Of a stretch of 64,000 bases of DNA, positions 11,644 to 25,139 are shown in pieces. This DNA is from Antechinus flavipes (taxonomy: Eukaryota): contig NC_067400.1 of assembly GCF_016432865.1 (NCBI RefSeq), forward strand, positions 571,020,001 through 571,084,000, read 5' to 3'. The translations under genes were made by a program, and so were the position numbers. Every line of letters starts with the position of its first letter. The stretch's first letter is position 1. A model generated the notes under the pieces. The model was not told the origin of the DNA. It saw only the letters and a list, made by a program, of their open reading frames with translations, and made no database searches.

Positions 11644-12223
11644 TATGAATATTATGGAATATTATTGTTCTATAAGAAATGACCAACAGGATGATTTCAG
11701 AAAGGTCTGGAGAGACTTACATGAACTGATGCTGAGTGAAATGAGCAGGACCAGAAGATCATTATTTACTTCAACAACAATACTATATGATGATCAATTC
11801 TGATGGACATGGCCCTCTTCAACAATGAGATGAACCAAATCAGTTCCAATAGAGCAGGAATAAACTGAACCAGCTACACCCTCTACAGAGAAAGAACTCT
11901 GGGAGATGACTATGAACTACTTCATAGAATTCCCGATCCCTCTATTTTTGTCTGCCTGTATTTTTGATTTCCTTCACAGGCTAATTGTACACTACTTCAA
12001 GTCCGACTCTTTTTATACAGCAAAATGACTGTTTGGACATGTATACATATATTGTATTTAGCTTATACTTTAACATATTTAACATGTATTGGTCAACCTG
12101 CCATCTGGGGGAAGGGGTGGGGAGGAGAGAAAAAGTTAGAACAAAAGGAGCAATTGTCAGTGCTGAAAAATTACCTGTGCATATATTTGTAAATAAAAAG
12201 CTATTAAAAAAAAAAAAGATTTC

Positions 12224-13264
12224 CAAGCCATTCTCCAATTGATAAATGGTCAAAGGATATGAACAGACAATTTTCAGATGATGAAATTGAAACTATTACC
12301 ACTCACATGAAAGAGTGTTCCAAATCACTATTGATCAGAGAAATGCAAATTAAGACAACTCTGAGATATCACTACATACCTGTCAGATTGGCTAAGATGA
12401 CAGGAAAAAATAATGATGAATGTTGGAGGGGATGTGGGAAAACGGGGACACTGATGCATTGTTGGTGGAGTTGTGAACGAATCCAACCATTCTGGAGAGC
12501 AATCTGGAATTATGCCCAAAAAGTTATCAAACTGTGCATACCCTTTGATCCAGCAGTGTTTCTATTGGGCTTATACCCCAAAGAGATACTAAAAAAAGGA
12601 AAGGGACCTGTATGTGCCAAAATGTTTGTAGCAGCCCTGTTTGTAGTGGCTAGAAACTGGAAAATGAATGGATGCCCATCAATTGGAGAATGGCTGGGTA
12701 AATTGTGGTATATGAATGTTATGGAATATTATTGCTCTGTAAGGAATGACCAGCAGGATGAATACAGAGAGGACTGGAGAGACCTACATGGACTGATGCT
12801 AAGTGAGATGAGCAGAACCAGAAGATCATTATATACTTCAACAACGATATTGTATGAGGATGTATTCTGATGGAAGTGGATTTCTATGACAAAGAGACCT
12901 AACTGAGTTTCAATGGATAAATGATGGACAGAAACAGCTACACCCAAAGAAGGAACACTGGGAAACGAATGTGAACTATTTGCATTTTTGATTTTCTTCC
13001 CGAGTTATTTTTACCTTCTGAATCCAATTCTCCCTGTGCAACAGGAGAACTGTTTGGTTCTGCAAATATGTATTATATCTAGGATATACTGCAACATATT
13101 TAACATATATAGGACTGCTTGCCATCTTGGGGGCGGGGGTGGAGGGAGGGAGGGGAAAAAACGAAACATAAGCAAGTGCAAGGGATAATGTTGTAAAAAA
13201 TTACCCTGGCATGGATTCTGTCAATACAAAGTTATTATTAAGTAAAATTAAATTAAAAAAAAAA
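12224..13264 (+). mobile_element. Younger 5'-truncated L1 (element B); ORF2 C-terminal 203 codons still open (12259-12870)
   Basis: CWRGCGKTGTLMHCWWSC Cys-rich ORF2 motif; TSD (A)nGATTTC ending at 12223 and 13270. Confidence 0.92.
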
Positions 13265-15642
13265 GATTTCATCAGTTCTTTTTCTGGAGGTGGATAGCAT
13301 TTTAAATAATAAATTTTTTGAAATTGTCTTTGAATAAATTATTGTATTTCTGAGAATAAAAAAAAAAAGAATTGGAGTCAAGCTCCTGTGCATGGCTATC
13401 AGGCTCCTTAATATTAAATTTTAAATCCTTCTTTTATTCCTAATCAGAATTGTTCCTTTGTCTTTGGTTTCCCATGCCTCCTAGATTGATTTCTACTGCA
13501 TAATTTTCATCTATAGACTCCTCCATATATATTCTTTCTCTAAATCCTTTTGGGCTCTCCTAGAAATTTAGGGTAGATAAGTAGGTTTCTTTATCTTCTT
13601 TATCACAAATTCTGAGAGAAATTTTTTCCCAAGGGTTTCATCATTTCCACCTCAGTTATTTCCTCTTGGGTATTAATAAAATTCCATAGAGAATTTCCTT
13701 TATATTGATTCTTTTCCCATCTGAAGGATAAAATTATTATTAAGGCAAGTTAAGAAATTATTAGTTTCTCTGCTTTTAGCAAATGACTGGATAACTGAAG
13801 TCCTTGATCCCTATTACATCCAATTTCTTTATCAGTTTTGTAATCTATTACTCAAGCACCTCACCCATCTCTCTGTTTAGGTGGGCTATCATACAATTTG
13901 TATGATAATAATGTGCCTGTTTCTACCTCCATTGGTTTTCATCTAAATAGTCTTATGTCATCTTAATTTACAATGGTATTTTGCACCTCACTAATCTGAT
14001 CCTATTTCTTTTGAATATGGTACATCCTTTCATGTTTACTTTAATCATGAATCTCTCTCCACTCATCAAACTTTCAAGAAACTTAAAAAACAAAAACAAA
14101 AAACTAGACCTGTGATTTCATCAGTTTAGGGAGATCCCTGTGAGTAATTCTCCCTAACAATGTAGACCAATAACTACTCTGCAATGAGAGGTGCTTGGAG
14201 CACTTGGACTTACTGATCTACCCAAACCATAAGGCTAGGAGGAGTCAGAGGATTTGAATTTGTTTCTTGCTTCCTCCAGAAGCCAGCTTTCTCTCTATTA
14301 TATCACAATGTCTCCTTCTGGCTTGACAGCCACATTCTGGACACAGGTATGTATCTGGATTTGGGGTCCTCTGAACTTCTAGCTAGCATTGCCTGCTATT
14401 TTTCCTATAGTGTGATGTCTACTCTTTAGACTGAGGGGTATAAAAAGCAGTTCTTTTCCTCTCTCTTTCATTTTTAAAGCCTAAATAATCAGAATTCCAG
14501 TGCACTAGGCAAATGCCCCCTGACCAGCTCTTCTTAGGAGCACTCTCTTTCTCCTCAAGAGCATATAATCTAATCCATGAAAGGCTCAGGAGGAAATGAT
14601 AGCTATCTTCAATACTGAAGGGCTGTTATGTGAAAGAGGAATTAAGGTGGTCCTCCTTGGCCACAAAAGACATTACTAGTAGCAGTGGGTAGAAGTATAA
14701 AGAAGCCAATTTAACTGGATTTAAGAAAAACGTCTTAATAATTGGAAGTTTTCAAAAGTGAAGCAAACAGCCATGGACAAGCAAGGGAGAGGCTGGATGA
14801 CTTCCTATCTGACCCTCTGCAGAAGGAATTCTCGATTAGACTTGATGGGCTCAGGATTCTACAACTCAGACCCAAAGACCAGTGTGACTAATATCTAGAA
14901 ATATCTTTTGGATGGGGAAAGAAGCACAAAAGTGAGGGATGAACCGGAATGAGATGAAGGGGAAGAGGAAAAGGAAAAAGTTGGCATAAACCGCTAGTAA
15001 GCTGTCTTGGAGGAGGATGATAATGATTAGTTTCAGCTGCTTAATGATGCCCAGTCTGTCTCTGGTGAGGAATGGACTCTATCCCATACCAAAGAACCAG
15101 ATCCACCACACACCCTGTCCTTCCAGCATCTTCAAGCCAGAATCCTTTGCTCTTTTGCCGGGCCCAAGGCTGCCCCTATCATCATTATCTCAGGAGAGCA
15201 TCCCAGAGGGTGAGGTGGAAGGCAAAGGGCTGAGCTCATGCCAAAGGAAGAGTGTGAAACTTGAAGAAGAGAAGACTTGAATGGGCCATGGAAACTACCA
15301 TTTGTTGAAAGGTCATAAATGTTCTGTATGGCCTAAAGAGCAGAATCAGGAAAGGAGTGAAAGCCACAGAGAGGCAAACTTAGTAATAAGATAGGATGTC
15401 CAAGAGTAGAATGGGCTGCCTTGGAAAGTAGGGGATCTTTCTGCAGATCTTTGCACAAAAGCTAGATAACTATATAGGGACTAGGTTGTACTAGGGATTT
15501 TTTTCAGGTTTGATTTGGACAAATCCTTTTTACACTAAGAATTGATAACCAACCACAGAAAGAATGGGGAACAGATGCTGCCCCATCTCTGGGCCTGGAT
15601 CCACCTGGCCAGCCACCACCATGACTAACAGAAGCCACTCAC

Positions 15643-15782
15643 CTCCCGGGGGCTCAGGAACTTTGCCGGTTCTTCTCCCAGCATCGCTGTGTAATAGACC
15701 AGGTTCTGGTTCATTACCTCATCATTGGGAAAGAAGAGCAGGTACGTCTTGGCACATTCAATAGCTTGGGTATAATTCCCGA
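15643..15782 (-). CDS. P3H1: P3H1 exon 5 (140 nt)
   Basis: IGNYTQAIECAKTYLLFFPNDEVMNQNLVYYTAMLGEEPAKFLSPRE; |gtgagt donor; not in the ORF track. Confidence 0.96.
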
Positions 15783-16441
15783 CTGCAAAGAGAAACACGG
15801 CTGCAAAGGAGGGTGCCCTGGCCCTCAGGGTATATCTCAGTCTCAGTTGGGGCTAGGTTGGGTTCAGTGTTCATAGGAGGAAGGCAAGGCATGTTGGGCC
15901 AGCTGACTAACTAATTTGCACCTGATTTTACTGGGAATAGCCTTCAGGATCAGTTATAATGGCATTCGTGCTTTATTAATAGAAAATACAGATTATCCAG
16001 AAAACAGGGAGAGAGGGCAAAGACAGAATAAAGTTTGCATTCCTCTAAAATTTTAGTCTACAAAGTGCTTCCCTCTCCCCAGTAATGTAAGGGAGATAAA
16101 AAGCAAGGATTTTCTCCATTTTACAAATAAAGAAATTGAGGTTTGGGGTACAGGCAGCAAAGTTTAGGGATAGGATTTATTTTCACTTGCCTGTCTCAAA
16201 TCTAGCACCCTCCCCATACCAGGTACCATTATAGTGATGAAACATTTATTTCTCCTACTTGGTCACTCTTGGGCAGAGGGAAGGGGAGGGTTAACCTAAC
16301 AGAGAAGGGGGGTTAACAGTTGATAAGCTCATCCCACGAGGCTCCTACCAAACAACAAAAGACAGATTCCTAAAACATGTTTCCAGAACTTGAAATTTCT
16401 ATATTGCATCTTGTCACTAAATACCCTCTGCTGATTATCTG

Positions 16442-17796
16442 CCTCTTTGCTCTCTCTGCCTCAGCTCTCCTCCCCAGGTCCTACCTCTTCTATCTACCAG
16501 TACCCTCCCACTCCTGTTAAAATTCCCTGGTTTTTTCCAGGTCTACTATTAGGGGTCAGGGACAAATCTTTGTGAAGAAATCTAGAACGTGGTTCTTCAT
16601 GTGTGAAGAAACTTGGCCCATAGTTGGTCCTTGACTGCTTATTGACTTGACCTCCCATCTACCCTTCCCTGCCTCAAATCTGGGCTGGCCAAAGACCAGG
16701 CAATTTTACAAGAAGCCATGTCTGTGCTGCTACCTCTACTATCACTGTTGCTGCTACCTCTAGGACCAATATTTTCCCCTGTTTTGCCACTAAGGACTAA
16801 ATCATGGAAAGACAATCTCAGCCTTATCCCTTCCCCTCCACCCCCCGAGGAAATTGAAGTTAAGTGACACAACCCAGCCTTATCCTTAACCATATAACTG
16901 CAGCTGTACTGAAAAGCATCTTTTTGCTACAGTACACATTGTTAGACAAGCCCCCTCCCCTGCCATTGCTCATAGACCTTTGACATTCTCATGTTTGTGG
17001 CACCAATAGTATCCCAGGGAGTGAAATACCAGAAAGGTATTTCTTGGCTAAAGCCTTGTAACAATAGGCACAGCCAGGCAAGGAGACACCTCAAACCTAT
17101 TCCATAAGTCCAACTGCACTCAAAAGGAGTAGCCTGAAAAAGGCCCAACAATTCTAATTAGGAATTTGAAGCTGATGAAGTCTATGTGTTTTTCTTATAC
17201 ATCAGCTCATAGTTGAGTAGATCTCCTCCCACCCAAAGTGAAATGACCTGCCTCCCAATAAGAAGGTAACAAGTGCCTCAAGTTTGATTCCTAAGCTTCC
17301 CCTCCAAATCAGCCTGTTCCTCATGCCTAGAACACTCTCCCTTTTCTCTGTTTCTGAGAAGTCTTGGCTCCTTTTAAAACCCAAGTCCCATGAGCCTATC
17401 CCAAGAGGTTTTCCTGATTCTTCCCCTCTCATTCCAAAATCAATTTGCATGTGTTTTAATTTACTTATGGTTGTATGTTGTCTCGGCCCCATTTCCTGCC
17501 ATCCCACAGAAAGTAAGCCCCTAGAGCAGAGGGGCCAGTCTTGTCAACCTGGCATTCCCATCGCCCAGCACAGTGCCTGGCACCAAGAATGGAGCTAAGC
17601 CAGGACCATTTCCTGGCTGGGCCTATCCCTCTTTGCCCTCTCTGCCTCAGCTCTCCCTCCCCAGGTCCTACCTCTTCCATCTACAAAAGTTGCCTCCCAC
17701 TCTTGTTAAAATTCCCTGGCTTTTTCCAAGTCTGCTATTAGGGGTCAAGGACAAATCTCTCTGAAGAAATCTAGAACGTGGTTTCTTCATGTGTGA
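16442..17796 (+). repeat. Dispersed direct repeat, ~165-bp copies at 16442-16606 and 17628-17796
   Basis: Both copies run cctctttgc...gaagaaatctagaacgtgg..tcttcatgtgtga with scattered differences. Confidence 0.9.
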
Positions 17797-17799
17797 GTG

Positions 17800-19460
17800 A
17801 ATGAGCTCTCAATGTGGGGGAGGAGTCAGCTCATCTGTGTGCCATATTTCTGCACTTCTGACTCTCAGCTTTGTTGTTGGCACCATCCCCCCTCCACAGT
17901 GCTTCCTCTCCCACTTTCTCGATGACTTTGTTGCTGCTCCCTCTCTATCCCCTTCTGACATCTTTAGTGATGATGGTAACTTTGATGGTGGATAACCTAC
18001 TCAAAAAATAGGCTCATAAACTCTTGGCTCCTACCACCAATATCCCCATTGGCCCTTGGCTACCCTTTTAGACCTTGGGAGCATTCACAACTGCTCTAAG
18101 AGGTGGGAAACTGAAATACTTCTTTCTTACTGGCTCCTTACTTCCAAATGAACCTGTTCTCTGACCTCCCCAAAATCTCTGCGCCTCAAAGCCACTATCA
18201 TCAGACTTCTCTTCATGATCTCAAGCTTGTGGTTCACTATTTCAGTGATGCACTCTCCTCCACTCCGGACACCTGGTTCTTCTGCCATTCCATTCTACCT
18301 CTGTTAATCCTGAAGTTCTATTAGCCTCCTCTGTTCCCTCTTCCTGAAAGGTTGAACACTGCTAGAGGAAGGAAGGAAGTGATCCTGACTGGACCCCATT
18401 TATAGATACCAAACCCCAAACATTCATCATTTCCAAGGGACAACCCTAACAGCTCCTCCCAATAGCTCTTTCATAGATTTATCTCTCAAACTCCCAACTT
18501 CATCCAAACTACCTTCTCTCTTTTTCTATTTTACTAAGAAGACCAAAGGCAATCAACCTGTTGCTCCTCTACTTCTTTAAATTTCTCTCACTCTTAGCCT
18601 CTCTTCCTTCTTTCCCCAATCACAGAATTGAGAAGAGTTGGAAGGGATTCTGTTGCTTATCTAATCCAATCCCCCTCAGTTTACAAATGAAAGTGAGGCA
18701 AAGAAAAGTTAAGATTCTTTGTTCAAGATCACACAACAGTAAATATTAAAGGCAGGATTTGAATCCAGGCCTTCTTGTATCCAAGTCCAGCATGCTAATT
18801 CCTTGATTCCATTCTCTCTTCCTATCTCCAGAACCTGTCTCACTGGTCATTCCCACTCTCTGGTATTTTCAATTTCCTCTTTAAAGTCCTGTCATCAAAA
18901 ATGTTTTAGCCTCCTCTAGTCTAAAAGAAGAAAAGCCTTCTCTTGACCCTGCTACCTTCTCAAGCAATTATCATTTTTTCCCTTATGGTCAAACTTCTTG
19001 TTTGTTTCTTGACCAAAAAAATCTACTGGTCGCCTCTAATTCTTTTCCATCAACACAGTTCTTCAGTCTTTGAGAAAGCGCAAATACTCCTAGCACAATC
19101 TGAAACCTCTCCAAGGCCAATGATGACCCTTCTCATTGTCCAATAATTCACAGGACTTCCTATCGTTATCCTCCTGTCCATCCTATCCCAACCCACCTCC
19201 AACTTTCTCTGCATCTTCTCTCTTGGTTTCGTGACACTGGACTCAGGCCAGGAATGTCTTCATTCCTCTCAAGGCATCACTTCAGATTTTCTCTATCATG
19301 TCCTCAAATTGAAAACCTCCCTGTCCCCCTTCAGCTTCTTCTTATGTATTATCTTCTCTCTTTAGAAGGTAAGTTCTTGAGGGCAGGTTTTTGAATTCTC
19401 TGAATATTGAACACAGTGCCTGTCATACAGTAAGTGCTTAATAAACACGTGTTGATTGAA
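17800..19460 (+). mobile_element. Degenerate L2 LINE, interrupted by a MIR
   Basis: Pyrimidine-rich body ending in the L2 tail cacagtgcctg...agtgcttaataaa...ttgattgaatga. Confidence 0.6.
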
Positions 19461-20582
19461 TGACTGTTCTAATCTTGGCTCCCTTCCTCCCTATTAACTC
19501 CTTTTGGGTTTCCTTCTCAATTCCCTCTTCATCTTCTTTATGGCTCCCCTTTCTTCTTACCCCTCTATGTGGACAGCTCCCAATCTTTCTGGCACCATCA
19601 TCTTTCCTGATCCTGAATATGACTCATCTTATTTTTTCTAGAAAGCCTTCCTGATTTTTCCAGTCTTTCCTTATCTTGTCTCTAGTCTCCTTTTATATTT
19701 ATAGAGTATGCCATCTTGTTTAGAAATTAATTGCAAGCTGATTTCTATTTTTTTAAAGCTGCAAGAGCCCATTTTCTTATTTACAAATAAGATTAGGGGC
19801 CAGAGGGGTAAAGGTATTTGTCTAGGATCACAGAACTCATTATTAGTACAGCAGAGTCTGGGACTAGAATCCAGGTTGCCCAACAATAATAATTGTTGCC
19901 ATTACTTACATGTCCACAGTACTTTCTGATTGACAAAACACATCCACTCCCTGGGTTGTCAACTGACTTGTGTAGTTCACAGATCTTTCCCTATCCACAT
20001 TGTAGTCATCAAAAACCCTGGCATTATGACAATGGGCAGATCTAGTGTCTGTTTCATGGGCTGAATAAGAAGACACAGGGCCCTTATGAGTTGCTTTGTT
20101 TTATTTTAGTTTCAGTGCAAGCTCTAATTAGAAGATGTCATAAAAAGAACTGCAGAATAGTGCTTGGGGCCCAGCCCCTTCCCCTTCCAGGGCTTTAGGA
20201 GGTGCTGGTACTGGCTTCTGAGGCCAGGTACTTGATATGTCAAAGAAAACCTTGGGATCAGATCAAGAACATCTAGCTTTAATTCCTCATTACTCAACTT
20301 CCTACTTGTATGAACTTGGGCAATTACTTCTCTGGGCCTCAGTTTCTCTTATCTGTAAAATGGGGTGTTTTCTAGTTATAAAAATCTGAGATTCTGTGAA
20401 ATTTGTAAGATTATATGTAGGAACCATGTAATCTACATACTATAAAGAGCATTCCTGAGCATCCCATGTACTAATGTACTAATGAGAAATCAAATATATT
20501 AATGAAGAGGTAACAGTTCTTTTTTCTATTGTTTTGATAAAGAGAGCAGAAAGAGGCAGAAGAGGAGGAAAATGGCTCTTAC

Positions 20583-20714
20583 TGTTGTAGTAGGCAAACT
20601 GAAGATAATTATAGTGCGATGGGAGGAAATCTTCAAAGGGCTTCTCTCGGCTGGGATGAGAGGCAAGCTCGGTAACACAACTCTGTTTACAACTCAGCAC
20701 CTGGATGTAATGAT
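20583..20714 (-). CDS. P3H1: P3H1 exon 4 (132 nt)
   Basis: DHYIQVLSCKQSCVTELASHPSREKPFEDFLPSHYNYLQFAYYN; ttcag| acceptor, |gtaaga donor. Confidence 0.97.
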
Positions 20715-21095
20715 CTGAAGGGAATCAGAGAGAGGAATGAACAATGGATCAGTCTGGGACATTTAAAGCTGCAGACCAGATAAACAAAATCAAGCAAAGG
20801 TAATTGTTGGTTAGATGCCTAAAAGGATGCAAGCCAACAGACATTGAGACAGAGTTGGAATCAGAGAACAATAAAAGAGCTACAATGTAGATTTCTGATA
20901 CATGGAGCAGAAGCAGCGGAAGCCCTGCATATTTCCCAGGCTGGGGCTGAGCCCAGAGCCTCATCCTCTTCCAGACTGCACTGACTTCATTCCAGAATAC
21001 AAAACCTACTTAGATAGCAATCAGATCTTTCCTAGAGAAAAAGATGAGGAAAAGGTCCCATTGAGCAGAGCAGAGAAGAGCAGAGCAGCACACAC

Positions 21096-21285
21096 CTGTG
21101 ATGGACTGGAAGAGGTCAGCATTGTATTCGAGGTAGTTGTAACCATCATAGTCATAGGGGCCCTCACAGAGGGCACGGCATTCCTCATCTGCCACAAAAT
21201 ACTCTTGCAGGGCTGCCTCCAAATGGGGCACAGCTTCATGGGGCTGCTCCTCTGAGTAGAGCCGCACACCCAGCCGGAACTCGTG
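21096..21285 (-). CDS. P3H1: P3H1 exon 3 (190 nt)
   Basis: HEFRLGVRLYSEEQP...EECRALCEGPYDYDGYNYLEYNADLFQSIT; AG/GT sites in phase. Confidence 0.96.
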
Positions 21286-22039
21286 CTTGAAGGAGGATAG
21301 GGGATTCAGCCTGCCAGGTCATGAATTAAGCAAGGCCCATCCCTTCCCTTCTGCCCACTGCTATGAGATTCACAAATTCCTGTGTCTATAAGTCAGTCCT
21401 AACAAAAGCTCAAGGAATGAATGAAGTGTGCCTGGCAGGAAAATTAATAGGAAAAATAGATTTGTTGATTGATAATTACAAAAGGCTCTCACAAGAGCCT
21501 TTTACACAATAATAAAGCACTCAGGCATCATTAGCCACATTTTACAGATGATGAAATTGAGGCTCAGGGAGGTCCATCAATTAGCCTAAAGCCATGTTCC
21601 ACTTTACAAAATGGAGAGGGATATTCAGAAAGTCCCTGTGCAGCCTTAGAACTTTTCAATCTTCAGATTTCATAATTTAGGCTGCTACTTTGAGAGAAAT
21701 AACTTACACTTTGTAAGAAATAATGAATTTTCTTCTCACTGCTACTCTAAGATGCCACTAACCAAGGGAGGCCTTTCCCCTAAACCACAGGATCTGAAAT
21801 CAGAATTCACTGTCCTGTGCATATCAAATTTATGTTCCACCTGGACCAAAGTCAAATATACTGGCTTTGATATGCCGTTTGCAGGGAGTTTCTAATGTAA
21901 TTAAAAGCAAAGATTTTTTAGTTTAGAAGTGTACAAAGACTTTCAGAAGGTTGCTCTTCCCTTTTTAGAAATGGAGGACCTTCTCTGCTGGCAGAGGGGG
22001 TAGGATAGAAAGAAAGGAAGGCTGGAGATCCTGATTCAC

Positions 22040-22192
22040 CATGTGAGGTTTTGCCTCGAGATCCTTGAAGTCCTCCTCCTTGACCCCTGACATTGTTTGA
22101 TAATAGTCCAAGTTCTGCCGCATCTCCAGGTGCTCTGGGTTCCCCACAAAGAAGGTGTGTGCAGCTGCAACAGCCTTCTCCAACTTGTTAAT
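22040..22192 (-). CDS. P3H1: P3H1 exon 2 (153 nt)
   Basis: INKLEKAVAAAHTFFVGNPEHLEMRQNLDYYQTMSGVKEEDFKDLEAKPHM; ttccag| acceptor, |gtgaat donor. Confidence 0.97.
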
Positions 22193-25139
22193 CTGGAAGT
22201 GAAGCAAAATGAAGTAGTTCCCCAGTCTACACCAAGCAGATAGCCTCCCTTCTGAAGAGACTCCCTGCCTCCAGGCTCCCTCTGGTTGTCATCGAGGGCA
22301 GGCCTGACCATGCCATCTCTTGCTCAAATGCTAGCAACTCCCTAAGACACCATAGCCCAACAACATATACTGCTGTGTTCCACATTAGAAGTTCTTTACA
22401 ACTCAGCCCTTCATAGCACTTTTCTGCAGTTCTTTTTATGGCATCTTCCAAGTCTGCCATTCCTCCCTGAACCATTCTACAATCCAACACCATGACCCTG
22501 TCCATGTATAGCACAATTTGTCCCTAGCTTTGATCATTGCCCAAACCTGCGACATTCTCCTCACCACCTCATTCCTCTTGGCTTCCCATGTTTCCCTCAA
22601 GACTGAACTCAAAACCCCTTTTCTTCAAGAGACCTTTCTTGGTCCTCTTTAAAATTACTCCCAGTTCTATTGCATATAGTTTGTATGTGTCTAGTAGTTT
22701 GTGTTGACTCCCTCATTATAACACAAGTTCCTAGAAAGCAGGGACCATGTCTCTACTTTCTTTCTATCTTTGAATTTACCTGAGTACAAAGTACTCTTAT
22801 TAAATCTTTATTGACCAGCTGATTGGCACATTAGGGACACAGAATTAGAAAAGCATGATATACAACTATGCCCCAAGAAGTCAGCCTTTGGTGAGCAGGA
22901 ATCCTCAAACCCTTTCCAGCCAACTAAGCCCAGATCTTTCCTTTTAAGAGGATGAACTGCCTTTTGTTAGTCCTGTTCTACGTGCCTCTGGTTGAAAGGA
23001 ACTAGGAAGAACAACAATTTCTCTGGGATAAACTTAACACAGCAGATGCTGAAGAGTAAATGAGTGTTTCTCTGATCAGGCCTGGGGATATAGCTGTTAA
23101 AACAACGTACAATGCTTCACTCAGTAGTGCTTATTTTCAATTTTTTAAAATAAAGGTTACACTTATAACTATTCAATCTTCTAATTCCAGGATTCTGATC
23201 AGGAACTGAGATAACCAAAAACAGAAACATCAAAGGGACTAAGGATGGATATAGGGTCTTAAAGAATGACACTGGGCTCAATAAGTACTTTGAAAGACAA
23301 ATTCGGGGAGGTGGATTAAATTATCCAGGCATATTCAGAAACAGGCTACATTATTGGCAAATCCTAAACTCTTCACAAAATTATGGGGAGCTGGTGGCAC
23401 AGTGGAATAGAGTGTTTGTCTGGAGTGAGAAGACCTGAGATTAAATCAAGCCTCAGACACTAACTCTGTGACAATTGGCCAAGTTACTTAACCACAATCT
23501 GCCAGTTTCCTCAGCTGTATAAGCATAATAGACTTGTTCAGGGCAAAACGAGAATAGTAAAGCACTTTGTAAAGCTTAAAGTCTTATGCACATATAAGCT
23601 ATCATTTCACTTTTATCTTTGTATCTCTTTTATACTTCTAGCACAATACCTGGGACACAGTAGATGCTTAATTGGTTCATTTGATTCCTACCCCAAAATC
23701 CATTCTGGAGAATTCTAGTTCCTGCTCCAACAGTAACAAGCTGCAGGATCTTGAAAAAACACAAAATTCTTATAGGCCTCAGTTTCCCAATATGTCAAAT
23801 GAAGTAATTGGAATAGATAATTGGACTACATAAATGGACTAGAAACCTCTCAGGTTTCTCTTTCCAGGACTAGATTAATTTTTATTGTTAGAAGTGATGA
23901 AGCCTTCCAGATATGAATTTTTGCTTGATTTTCTTCCATTTTCTCTCTTTGTGCAATGAAATATCCCTTCCATTAAGTAACCGCTGTCCTCCTCTCCTAC
24001 AATTATGCTATTACATCATTCAGTTTTTAAGGGCATATGAGTTTGGGGAAGAATTATATATATCTTGCAGAATTTTATATTCTCTTATCTAGAAGATTGG
24101 GGGGGGGGGAAGGAAAGGTATTTTTTTCAGAGTAACTGTTTCCTGGAGATGGGCGTTTGAGTCCATATTCTTTGTGGCTTATCTGTGGGCTGTTAAAGGT
24201 CTTTTCTTTAAAGATGCATTTTGAAAAAAACATAAGCAGTTTTGCCAGCCAGCTCTTGTCTGGAGCCAAAAACCTTGGTTTTTGTTCTGTCCTCAGAACT
24301 GCTCTTAACATTCTGCAGAACTGAAGGGCTGGCACTAGTGAATTAACCCTTAAGGGCTAGACTAGTGAAGTCAAATAGCCAATAGGAAAAGAAATAAAGA
24401 ATACCGCCAACCGAGAAACGGGACAAAGTAGTATGTAATTTCTGTGTTTTAACTTAACTCAGAAACTTGAGAGGGTCCCCGGCAGGGAGGAGCCTGGGCC
24501 CCTGCCTGCTACGTGGCATTCCAGGGCCTGAAACGGAAGGCGCTGGAGTCGCTAGAAAAGGAAGAGTAATCAAGAAACCTTTTCTAAGCTTGAAAAGAGA
24601 TGGGGCTAAGAAACAAGGGAAAGCACTGGTGGAAAAAAAAGCCCTGCAACTTTGTTCACAACCAAGCATTGCAACTTTGCCTACAACCAGGCATTGCAAC
24701 TTTGTCTCTAAACTAGCTGTAGGGTCAGGGGGTGGAGAGCTCCCAGCTCAGCCGGTATCCCGGGGGTTGGGGCAAGACCTGGAAGGAAAGATATCTCTCC
24801 AAGTTCTAGAGACTTAAGCCTGGGTCACACCTGCATTTCATCTTCAAAATCCCTTCTCGGTCTGACTCGGACACGGCCAGCTCCCTGGAGCATCCTGGAG
24901 GGAATGGGGGATGCCATCAGCTAAGCCCACAGAACCTCAGAGTGGAGAGAACCCGGACACTCTCTCCATCCTGAATCTGAACAAAGGTCCGTTCTATTAT
25001 GTGCTCAATGGGTTATGCAGCAGCATCTCCAGTGAGGGGGAGCTCACTACCTATCAGGCTGGTGTATTCATTTTGGAGCAGATCCTGCTCACTCGGGGCC
25101 TGCCCGTGTCCCCCACTAGGCCCCCAGCCGCCGCCGCAC

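Larger units (their letters stand above)
10817..13366 (+). mobile_element. 5'-truncated L1 (element A) with 3' transduction; host to two later insertions
   Basis: 15-bp TSD AAGAATTGGAGTCAA at 10802-10816 and 13367-13381, at a TT|AAGA endonuclease site. Confidence 0.85.

Noticed and set aside
12259-12870. 203-aa open ORF as a host gene
   Set aside because: It is the L1 ORF2 C-terminus in a 5'-truncated copy with a TSD.
24334-24369. ACTAGT...AATTAACCCTTAAGGG...ACTAGT resembling a T3 promoter or piggyBac end
   Set aside because: Only a partial match, with no partner terminal repeat or vector context; probably chance.
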